Assembly: GCA_002633005.1 (NCBI GenBank)
Contig: NMRA01000719.1
Location: forward strand, 119,466-183,465
Direction: 5' to 3'
DNA: 64,000 nucleotides
From: Phoronis australis
Lineage: Eukaryota > Animalia > Phoronida
The position numbers and the translations under genes were made by a program. Position 1 is the first letter of the stretch. Every line of letters begins with the position of its first letter. Under the pieces are notes generated by a model, which was not told where the DNA came from, did not search any database, and was given only the letters and a program-made list of their open reading frames with translations. Shown piece by piece: positions 24,001-36,000 of the stretch.

Positions 24001-27000
24001 GACCGAACAGTGCCGCAGTGCGATATTACAAGTGATATAAATAGGATAATCTGGACATCTTGCATTGAAAATAAATGTTTTTCCACCACGAAGTTTGGTA
24101 AGGTGATCGTTTAGAATAATGAATTGAAACATTGCTGTTTTCTGACATTTTGTAACATATTTATGCAGTTGCTTGAAATTTTATTCTTGATCGACGACTG
24201 GCTCGACCACCCCCGATCCTTGTCTTACTTCTTTGCATATTATGTTTGGTGCAACGGCAAGAGAGCAATGCCGGGCTGTCGAGATAAGACAGCTAGCCGC
24301 AGAACCATACGCTGAAAATGTCATTGAGTCACGGAGTGTCGACTATAACATCCCAAACACAAAAAACAGCAGAGTTAAGTTTTTCAAACTTTTATTACAA
24401 CCAATTTTAAAACTGCTCTCTGACTCAGAACTTGACAGCTACATATAGTACGAGACCATAAATTTGATGTCTGACCTCTGCAACACGTGAAGCTTGCACG
24501 CGCGCACTTAAGCAGGGTCACATCTTGAAACAGTTTTGATTCTAGTGGAGGCTTCGTGGTCACTGGTTGTCTGCGCACCGCAGGACGGCACGGGGCTATT
24601 ACTCAGCAATTTTGTAAATTTAATAGTGAATGACTAATCTGAGGGCAAGAGAACCTTTGTTGGGATCATCCGCTATTATGACGTTTTCACAGTCATTTGG
24701 CAACGTGACGATAAAGCTCTTTGAAAAGGGCTACGCGTTCCGAGTATGAGTGTCGTGTCGGGATTTAGATCGCCAGGTAAGATTAACCGCCCAGGGCGGT
24801 TGACTGTCGTAATATGCGCCCGTGTTCGGTTAACCGCCCATCCCCTACTTTAGGTAGATTTTCGATTTAACCGCCCACTGCTCGGTTAACCGCCCTCCCC
24901 CGATTTTTTGGGTTCGCCAATTTAACCGCCCAGGGCGTTAACCAGAACGATTACGGTAAATTGAAACCCCATCAAAAGCCTAAAACTTTCCAGTAATTCA
25001 TGATGCTGTATTCAGGTACATGGATGTGACTATTTTGTTTTGATTAGAAATAATATAACCTTGACATCACATGAACACATTTGATTTGATCAGCTGAGCA
25101 TGTAATGCATGTTTTTACTTTATGAAGCCCTAGGTCAACTCCATTTGTTTGTCTGTCCATGTATTTACAGTTTTTACATGCAGGTGTGCAGGTGTTAGTT
25201 TGAATTATGCCCCTTGTGCTTTTCCCCAATTAGTTGTGTTGGCGACTCTGTAGTGCCTCCACACGCTGTAGTGCCTCCACACTCTGTAGCGCCGCCACAC
25301 TCTGTAGTGCCTCCACACACTGTAGTGCCGCCACACTTTGTAGTGCCGCCACACACTGTAGTGCCTCCACACTCTGTAGTGCCTCCACACACTGTAGTGC
25401 CTCCACACACTGTAGTGCCTCCACACTCTGTAGTGCCTCCACACTCTGTAGTGCCTCCACACACTGTAGTGCCTCCACACTCTGTAGTGCCTCCACACTC
25501 TGTAGTGCCTCCACACACTGTAGTGCCTCCACACTCTGTAGTGCCTCCACACTCTGTAGTGCCTCCACACACTGTAGTGCCTCCACACTCTGTAGTGCCG
25601 CCACACACTGTAGTGCCTCCACACACTGTAGTGCCTCCACACACTGTAGTGCCTCCACACACTGTAGTGCCTCCACACACTGTAGTGCCTCCACATTCTG
25701 TAGTGCCTCCACACACTGTAGTGCCGCCACACTTTGTAGTGCCGCCACACACTGTAGTGCCTCCACACTCTGTAGTGCCTCCACACACTGTAGTGCCTCC
25801 ACACACTGTAGTGCCTCCACACACTGTAGTGCCGCCACACTATGACTTACTCTAGAAGTTTCTCCTAGAACTAGTTGTTGCTGGGTTTGGAAGCTGTCGG
25901 GACGCTATTACCGTAAACGTTTGGGTTAACGCCCACGTTCACGTAACTGCCCATCCCCATCTTTAGGTGGATTTCCGATTTAAGCGCCCAGTGGTCGGTT
26001 AACCGGCCCTCTGCGATTTTTGAAGATTTCCATTTAAGCGCATACCTCTCGGTTAAGCGCCCACCTCCCGGTTAAGCGCCCATCCCCGACTAAGAGATTG
26101 AAGATTTAGCGCCCAGTGCTTAGGAAACGCGCGATTCCCTGACTTTTATATCGATGATCACAGGGAGTGCAACGACGGCCTCCGAGCGGGTGGTTTGGCA
26201 ATATGAATTATAGTACAAGTAACAAATTATTTTCCCGGGTCATGGATTTACTTCAAAATATAATACTTCAATCTTTTAGTCACTTTATTTTAAGAACCAC
26301 GTCGGCTTCTATACCTCTGCTTTTAGCGACGCGGTCTTCCGCACAGTTTCCATCTGCAGTGCTCTAGATCAAACATATATTTGAAAAAATCAGGCCAGAG
26401 AAATGTGGCAGTGGTTTTGTCATCCTTTCTAATTCGCTTTAGGTGGGAAACTCTCATATATTGAATAATTCCCGTAACTCACGGAAAGATGTCAAATTCT
26501 CCTTAGTTTGATGGATATAATAGCCAGGTTAGCAAGGATGTGTGGCGACTGAACGAACAGGGTTTACGATTTCTAAATTCAAAGGTTGGGAATACGTTAC
26601 TGGATAATTGTATATCATCGTGAAGTAATAAAATACTGCAAGTCAAATTTTGTTTTGCGCTTATTGCATCTCAATCAAACTGGCGTTAGCAGATTTCGCC
26701 AATGTCGCTGACGGTTCTTTGTAATACGATTTCTTGTGACAACTCCTGCCTAGGCGTGACTGTGTGAATTGTCGTATTCCAGCTACCCTTTTTAGCCCAG
26801 AATATTTTTGTTTCTTAATTGGCCAGTTTCACTGAGTCTAAACAAAATTCTTACCATTCAACTCTGAGATATCTACGACGTAGATTGGCTGAAAATTAGC
26901 GGCAGTGGTAATGACGTGCATGCAGCTAGCTACGGGGATGGCCTTATCGCATCCAGGAAAATCGAGTCGGGGAAATATTGGAGCAGACATGACATCACAG

Positions 27001-30000
27001 TTTTGGGTCATTGGAATGGAGGAATATCGAAAAACAGTGGGTCTTTTATAACAACAGCTTAAAAGTACAGAACCAGTCACACCAGTATACTCTTCAGGAC
27101 TCTCTGTTCTCTTTTGATGAAGTGGTGCACATGCATAAGTTCCCACACTCTGGAATGTGTGTTACCTTAACAACATGTGATTGACAGTTGATTCGCTCGT
27201 ACGTGCCTGCTGACAGAGTCCAGCCGCTGTCTATTGCCACAAAAAACGCACATTGAAAGAGGCCGTTATTTTACTTGGCGCCATTTCCAAGTCAAGATTG
27301 TCTGCTAGCATATTGCACATAAACAGCGGGACCAACCAGTGCTACAGTGCGGTACTGTAAGTGATATCACATGAGTACACCCAGGGGGGGCTCGGGGGCT
27401 TGAATGAGCCCCCCCAATATGGCGAATTGGGGAAAAGGTCCGCCTCAGTGAAATGAAAAGTCCGAGTAAACGAGACAAAGTCCACAGGAACTCGGGGCGA
27501 ATGCACGATTGGCAGGCCTGAACCTACTGGCCCCGTTTTTTTTCTACGGCCACATATTTATATGTGGACGCATTATGCCGTCATTTCCGTCCATCCATCA
27601 ATCCGGGCGGCGTCCGTCCGTCGTCCGCTGCTCTAACTCCAAAACCATTTGAAGTATGATCATGAAATTTTGCACATATGTTCCTTTCATGGATGGGACG
27701 GCATGAGCGAACTTTCGGACGGATTCAACAACTGGTCTGTCCCCTAGTGGCAATTTTAGTGTTTTACGCTTACCTCTATATCTTCAAAGGTCTTCAGCGT
27801 ACGTCACCTAGTGGCCATTTTTACTGTTTTCGAGTATGTTGTTAGTCGTCCACCTCTCTATCAACCAAACAGCTCTAAGGATGATTAAGGAAATTGGCAT
27901 GTATGTTCTTACTTTGAAGAGGACGGCTGACGATGATTTTCCGACGATTTTGATGACTGTGGTGCCTCCTAGTAGCAGTTTTGTTTTTTTTTGCGCTTAT
28001 GGCTGTATCTCCTTAACCGTTTGCAGGATATTTACAACTGACCTCGGTAAGTTGGCCTACAAACTTTGTAGGCTGTACAGTATGTTAAAAATTTCTATAA
28101 ATCCGAAACAGCGAAATAAAACAATTCGTTTTTTAAAAATCCAATGTATTTGTAAGGGTTTTGTATTGAATCTTGATGATTTATTGGTGGAAAGCGATGA
28201 AGTCCATCAATAAACTGGCATCACTAAGCATGTTGTGAATTGCTGAACAGACTGTTAGAACCTATGACGTCCTTGGTTAATTTCAAGATCTTTGTCTGCC
28301 GTCTGGTGTCAGGTAAAAGAACTGAACTTGCTGTTACTGAGTGGAACTACTCATAACTTGATACAAAATACATTGGTTTTTTGGTGGCATTCTCCTTTAA
28401 ATATTACAAAGACTGCTAGAAAATGAAGAATTTGCTATGGATTTAAGCTAAATGTATTGGGACTTTTTCAATTACAAAAGTATACGCTGAAAACAGTGCT
28501 TTAGTGGGGCGTAGTCACACGTAGGCACAGCCAACCACCTTTTTGCTTTTTATTGTAGCGCCTACCCACCGTAAGTTACAGTATAGTGAGGCATACGTGC
28601 ACGAAGGTGCAGCCAACCACCTTTCTACATTTTAAGGTAGTGCCTAAACGCGCCGCACGTGATGGTTAAAGCGGGCGTATTGCTGAAGCGATTAGCTTAC
28701 GGCATCAATGCGCTTCTACGCTGACGACAGCATTGTTGCCAAACATTTCGGCGCGGCGACTACCAGGCATGCTTCAATGAGGTATTGGCAAACATTAAAA
28801 ACAGCATCAGTTTTACTTTGCTCTTTGAAGTGCACGCGGTTCCTGCAGCTGGTCATTGCAATGGACTCGTCCAAACCAGACGAACCCATTGCTGCCGAAT
28901 TATAAGTTTAATTGAGGGCTTTTAAATTTTGTGCTGCTATGAAATGACGATCAACTTGTTGCCAATCCGTACTAAAATATTTTAAGAAGATGCTGAGATC
29001 AGAAAGCACGGGAACAAATGCTCCTGCTGAAAGTGACTCATTTGCAGATATTAGTATTCCTGAAACGGATCACTCCACATCTGAAACGGAAATATTTGTG
29101 GGTGATCCATGACTCATCACAGTGGCCAAGCATGTGGAATTACGATCAGTGGATGGAATTCAAGAAAATGTATCCCTGGTTGAACACAAGGATGGAAAGC
29201 TGGGTTGCGTTTTTTGCTATAATGTTCTAGACCTAGGTTTGATGAAAGAAAGTGGCGTATCAATATCTTCGGAGTGGACACAGTTTCTGATAGAAGCAGC
29301 TGGAGATTCCCGACTGGTTAAACTTAAGTCGCTTAGGAGTAAAATCAATCGTCATATGAGCTCTAAAGCCCACAACATTGCTCAAAGTATTGACAAAACG
29401 AAAAGTGAAAGAACAATTGAAAATACATTGGTTAAAGATGCAGCTCATGAGCAGACCACAACGGAAAAAGTCTTCAGAACAGCATATTCACTTGTTCAAA
29501 TGAACCGTCCGTTCACTGATCACGAGCATCTCATAAACCTTCAAAAACTGAATGGTTTGAATTTGGGCGTTACGCTCCATTTTCGTTTCAGTGCAACGTC
29601 CATAATCAAGCACATAACCAAGCAAATGCGCAAAAAAAATTGTCAGTACGGTTATGGCAGAAAGTAGCAAGATAGCTGTGTTGGTCGAAGCGACAACGGT
29701 AAGCAAATTAAGCGCACTGATCATTTAGATAAGAGCATCTATTTGTGGTAGCGATCCACTTTTTATAATGCTTGACCTTGTCTAGCTTGAACAGCAAACT
29801 GCCGAATCCATTGAAGCGCCCCTCCTTAACTGCCTACAAGAGTGTGCTTTTACGATGGAATATTTACAAGAGGGTCTCGTTGCATTTGCAAGTGACGACG
29901 CCAGTGTCGACAGGAAAATGTTCTGGAGGGGCAACAAGATTACGTGAACGCTTCCCTAGACTTTTGACATGGCACTGCTTAAACCACTGACTTGAGTTGG

Positions 30001-33000
30001 AAGTTGGGTATGCTTTGGCAGAGGTGACAGGGTGTGGTCATTTCAGAGTATTTATGGATAAACTCTATTTACTTTACAGCAGATCATCCAAAAACCAAGC
30101 CGAGCTGATAACTGCAGCTGTTGATCTTGAGTGCCAGTTTGTTTGAATAGTTGCGTGCTTGACGTTCGTTGGGTGGCAAGCAGTTTCAGAACGGTTAAGG
30201 CAATGTGCAGATCATTGATCGCACTATATCAACATTTCGAGTTATCCAGTGAAGACAGAAACTGTCATTCAAGTGATCGGAGTGTGTTTTAGGGATTACT
30301 GCGGTACTTGGAAAGTCCCACCTTCATTCAGAATCTTGCACTGATGCATGATGTGCTAGAAGAGCTGTCAAACCTTTCTGTGGATCTACAATGCAGAACC
30401 ACAACAATGCTGCAAGCATACAAGCTTATTCGTCGGACGGTTCGCGTCCTCTAGTCTATGGTTGATAATTCTGGGCAGGCATTAGCCACTGCACTGACAT
30501 GCATTAAAGAGAAGAGGTTTGGGTCACTGGAACTGAAGGAAACTCGTAAAGGAACTACCGTGACCATAAGCCCTGGTCAGTTTATACAAAGTGTTGTTGT
30601 GAACCTGGAACGGCGTTTACTTGGCAATGATGAGCAGCCATTTTGCTCTCTTCTGGGCATATTGGACCCCAAAACGTGGCCGATGAGATCTAGGATAAGA
30701 CATGGCGAGCATGAAGTCAAGCGTATTAGCGAACGGTTTGGGTTGGTTGCCACATCGCAATCAGGGGAATGTGCGAGTTCATAGAAATGGAGAAAACGGT
30801 TAGAGTAAGCAACCTACCAAGTGCTCTGCGACAACTGGACCTCTGTATTAAGAATCTTCCTTGCAGTACAGCGGAATGTGAACGAGGATTCAGCGAAATG
30901 TATCTGATAGTAACAGACTCTCGCTCTTGTTTGCTATTAGAGACCACCTCCAGCTTGCTGTTTGGCAGGGTCAGTGGTCCCCCGCTTTCCATGTTCGACC
31001 CACAACCTTATGCCGAAACGTGGATTCCACAACACAGAACTGCTGATAGTTCTCAGTCGAGGTCATGTGACTTGGAAAAGAACAAAACTGACGATAAAAT
31101 AAGATTGAGGAGGATTCTGTAACTAAGCACTCTATCTTTGGACTGGTCCCTAGTAACTAGTGCTAACTTTAAAAAGTAAGAACAGTTGCTTGCAAGAAAC
31201 CCACACTTCAAGTTTGTGCATTATACATTAACGCATGCACGTGTGCACATTGTACATAGTGTTCAGCTCATTAAAATATCAGTGCTTGTGTAATTAGTCT
31301 TTGAAGCGTACGGAGTAACAATCTAACTGAGTAATGAAATTTTTTATTAATATTTCAAGATAAAGTAACATTTATGATGTCACACCATAGGTGAATAAAG
31401 GGGGATCGAAGTGCCCCAAGGACACGCCCCCATGGGTGAATAAAAATCGCCACCTAATATCATTTTTAGGCATTACTTTTGCCTTCGAATATGTGTGGTT
31501 GGATCCCCTTTTCCCGACATCCTAGATCAGCTAATACATACTCTAAATACCCACTTCTGAGTCAAAAATAGGCCTACATTTTTGTGAGTCAGGTAGTGCT
31601 GTAGTTGGGCGTAGGTGCATGTAGGCGCAGCCAACCACCTTTTGGCATTTGAGCGTAGCGCCTACGCGCCGTGAGTTACGTTCAGTGCTCAAGGTGATAC
31701 AGTGGGCTCTGGGTGCCTACTTACCTCTAATTTTACCACTACAGCACTGGCTGAAAGTTATACTTTACAGTGTCATCTGGTTATTCTTAGTAGAATTAAG
31801 CTCGTTAAAATTAGACAGTTGGATCACATTCCAAATTTTAATGAAACAAAATGTTAATTGAATGAGGTTACTCATTGGTTTTGTGTTGCTGCCCGGTGTT
31901 TGTAAAGATATCCTTAGTTTTTGGAAAGTTGCAGAAGCAAAAAGTATCCATATAAAAGACTAATGTTGTAGTGGGCATGCTTGTGTAATCAGTAGCGAAT
32001 GTCCAAACCATGTGAAATGCTAGCGGATCTCCCGTGTACTGGCTATTGCGCAAGCATAACAGAGATGATTCGTTGCACATTGCCCCAGTTTGGGTTTAGA
32101 CGTGCAGTTGAAACTGGAGCAACTGATCTAGTGCAACTTGTTGTATCACTCAAAAATGGCCGCCGTAGTGTCAACTTGGTCACTCCACATTAGTCGTGTT
32201 TACTCAAACACTAGCACACGATCAGCTGTTCCATGTTAGTTGCTCTGTGTTACTGTCTCCCTTGTAAATGGAGCTATTGTGTCCTAAATTATTTGAGATT
32301 TTACCTTAAAATTTAACTATAAGATCAATATACAATGTTCATGTTATGAGAAAAATTACAAAAGCAAAAATCACCAATGTCCTATTTGGTCAAATAAAAA
32401 AGTTCACGTAAATTTCTGTTTCCTGAATTCAAGACTGAAACCATTTTACTGCCCATTATTCCGTGGGTTACATTTTGTAAGTCTCCGTAATGTGTGCTGT
32501 TGGCTCTAAGTCATAGGCTGTTTTTTCTTCATCCGATTCATCATGGCTATATGTTGAGTGTCGGCACCTGCAGATAGCCACGAACTCATCTCGGAAGGTC
32601 TTGTTTGCCACGTTGTAGATGATGGGGTTGGCGAATGAGTTAGCATGCATCATGCCGAAGAACACGTAGGCCATGGTCATTCTATCCATAGGTGGCAGGT
32701 TTATCTGGATCAAGTTGATGATCATGATGGGTAGTGCACATACCATAAAGACGATGATAATAACGGCCATCATGACAGTGACACGTCGCTGATTGGAGAC
32801 CTGGGTCTTGCCGCTGCACATGGTCAGACCTGCGCCGATGTAGAGGATGAAGCAGACGACCAGTTGGACTGTGCCCCAGAGAAGAACTACTGCCACTTTC
32901 AGCATCGGATGGTACTGATAAGGCATCATGCACGGTTTTTTGGGGTTGTAGGTCACGAGGTCGGTATATGCTGTGGCCACGTACAGGGGTATCGACGTGA

Positions 33001-36000
33001 CTACCCATGTGACAAGTAGAACGACGGTGGCGCGTCCATGAGTGACCAGTGTATGGTACTTGAGCGGCCACACGGTGGCAATGAGACGGTCGGCGGCGAT
33101 CACCATCAGCGTGCTACTTGACCAGGTCAATATTTGGTTGATGCTGAACATACCGGTGAGGCATAGTGACTTGTCCATGTAGTGTGGTGGTATTGGCGCA
33201 TCTGGATCCATGAGGTTAGGTACCACATTCTTGTAGATGTCCATTGGGACAGTGAATAGCCCAGTTATTAGGTCAACTACAGCCAAGGCCAGCACGTAGA
33301 CAGTGTAGGGCATTGAGCGAATCTTTCGGTTGCGGCAGATCACGGCTAGGACGAACGAGTTTCCAAGGATTATTAGGACGAAAAAGACAACCTTGACCCC
33401 AAGCAGAATCCATGCTGTTGTTTGCGGGATATGCTGAATCATTCTCATGGTGGGCATGCCGCCACTTGGCATGCCTCCCTTACTGGCGCTATCTGTAGTG
33501 TTCATTCTTCTAGGTGTTGTCTTTCTGGGACAGCTGTGGTCTACAACAGGTTTGATGTGATCAGTGAGTCCAATTCCTTTTCAAATAAAGGTCTATGTCC
33601 GCTCACCTGTGCAATTCAATGCTGGAATAGCTCTCAACCAAAGTTGTCAAGAGTTGCCTATTCAGAACACCTATTGCTATTGTGCTAATGTTATTGATGC
33701 TGCACAGTGACTGTTTATTTTACTTTCCTGTGAGAAAAGTGTCTTTATTTTCCTTTAAAGCTGTGGCCTGCACTCAATGGCATTCCAGTTATGTACAGTA
33801 GACCTGGTTTGGTTTTCTTTTACTGGATTCTTGGCTGAAAATAGAGGAGACTTCAGTGATGAAGAGGCACAAAGTATTGATATGTAAATCTGTACACTTG
33901 TCCTGTTCACAATCAATAGTAGACATTAAAGGCAAGATCATTTGTAGTGGATGTTTCCTTTTAGTAAAAATAACAGATGCCTGGTTATCTTTAAAGACAT
34001 TTTTCATGTTAGTTAGTCTGCTTGGGAAGTATGTACTATCCATAGAACAACACAATGTATCCTATATGGCGTTGATAAAGGTTCTACATTTTAGTGTTGC
34101 ATTCCCTTGCATCGAGCAAATACTTGTGTTCAATAGAGAGTAGGACATCAGGTTTCCTCAATGGAAGTGAAAGCTGAAGCCAGATGTCTGCAGCCCTTTA
34201 CATCACTTGCTGATGTTTAGCAAATAGTAAATACACAGTAGTTATTGATACAGAAAATGTATTAACCCTAAGACCAGAAGAAAAATAGTTGGTTCTAGAC
34301 TTCTGTGCTCTCTGACTTAAAAATGCTGGTTCACATCAATTTCAGCCGAGGTCTCGTTTTTTGAAAAGCATGTAAGCAAGAGGTAAGCAAGGTTCGAAAC
34401 GCCGTGATTTTCCAAGAGATGAATAAAAAGGAACAAATCCCCTATTGCTTTTTGCAGGTGGATTTTCTTTTTGAAAAATTGAGCTATTTAAAAATACTGC
34501 ACAACTGTTTTCAAAAAGTAAAACAACATAGACTAGACCTAACTGGTTCTTTTGGTCTCACCAGTGGTTTTTATTTTTACTTAACGAAACATCAAATTAG
34601 TGGTGGTTAGCAGATCACAAAGACCTGTAATGTTATATACTTCAAAATTCCTGATATTTTACCATAACACTGGCAAGCTGTAACTGTCAGCATGTCAAGT
34701 ACAGATATTATAAAAATCCTTTAATTTAGGACGACAGCTTTCGTAAATGTGGAATTTTATTTTGTCCTTTTCCCCAATATCAATTGATATTATGAAAGTT
34801 CTGCTTCATTGTTACCTTGCGCTAGTTAGTGCTAGTAACAGTTCCAGTAAACAATATTACTTAAGATGCTGTGCAATAACCCTTTGCAAAAATGAAATGA
34901 CAATAATTTGAGCTGTTTTTGTTCCAAGTGGAAAATGTTTGCCTTACCTATTGTCTGCTTCTGTAAGTCGCCTCTGAAAGTCTATGCCCAAGCAGACGAC
35001 AGCCTTTATGAAGATGCTCAGTTTCCTCCCCGGAGTTGGTTCTGTTCCAGTGAGCTCAGCCTAGTTCATTTATATAAGGTCTGTTATTTATTACAATGCC
35101 CTGGCTGCTGAATGCATGGTATAAACAGGTGGCCCAGATTATAACCTTTGACCTGCAGTAATGGGAATCTGGTGTTTCAGTCTGGCAGATCATAACCTCT
35201 GACCTTGCTTGTTGCCTTTTTTGCAAGACTACTTATTGTCCAAGAGGATTGTTTTTGTTTTGATTGAAAGTCATGAGCATTTCTGTCTCGCTTGTTCAAA
35301 TGTTGGTGTCTTTTGGCAATGAATAGGTCGAATCTTCAGTTGAGGTATCAAGAACGTTATTATAGACTCCTCAGTTGAATCTACATTTTGAAATAGTTAG
35401 TAACTTCATTGTGGACTCTGGGGTTGAGGGATTTGACTTTTTGCAGACTCTACATTTGACTAAATCAATAACCTTGTAAACCCCATGGTTGACTAACTTT
35501 ACAGAGTACTCCATTGTTGACTAAGTTATTAATTTTATTGCACGATCCATGTTGACAAAATTAGTAATTTTGTTGTAGTCTCCATGTTGACAAAATTGAT
35601 AACTTTATTATAGACTCCTTGCTTGACTAAATTACTAACTTAATAGCACACTCCCTAGTTGACTAATTAATGACTTCATTGGAGACTCTACAGTTGGGGT
35701 GCCAATTGAAGCTTTAACAAAGTTCAAAACGAAAGTCGATTGCCTGTGGGTTTGACTAAATGGTGCTTAATCACCTAAAGAACAGTCCTTGTCAGTTGGG
35801 TCTGCTTTTTGCTCCTGGTGAAATTGATGGTAATGAAGTTGGTGATTAGCTGTTAAAGCAGAAGGAGCAAGTGGGCACCCTATTTTGTACCAGAGCCCTG
35901 TCAGGGACAGGATGTTGCAAGAAGACGGTGAAAGAGTGGGTGCCCATATTGCATGTAGATACATGGAGGAAGAGATGCATCTGCAGACGACAAAAATTCA

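Noticed and set aside
25195-25855. Five overlapping ~200-aa ORFs
   Set aside because: By-products of an 18-bp minisatellite lacking stops; no splice or homology support.
32682-33071. 129-aa ORF overlapping the GPCR
   Set aside because: Alternative-frame shadow of the GPCR coding sequence.
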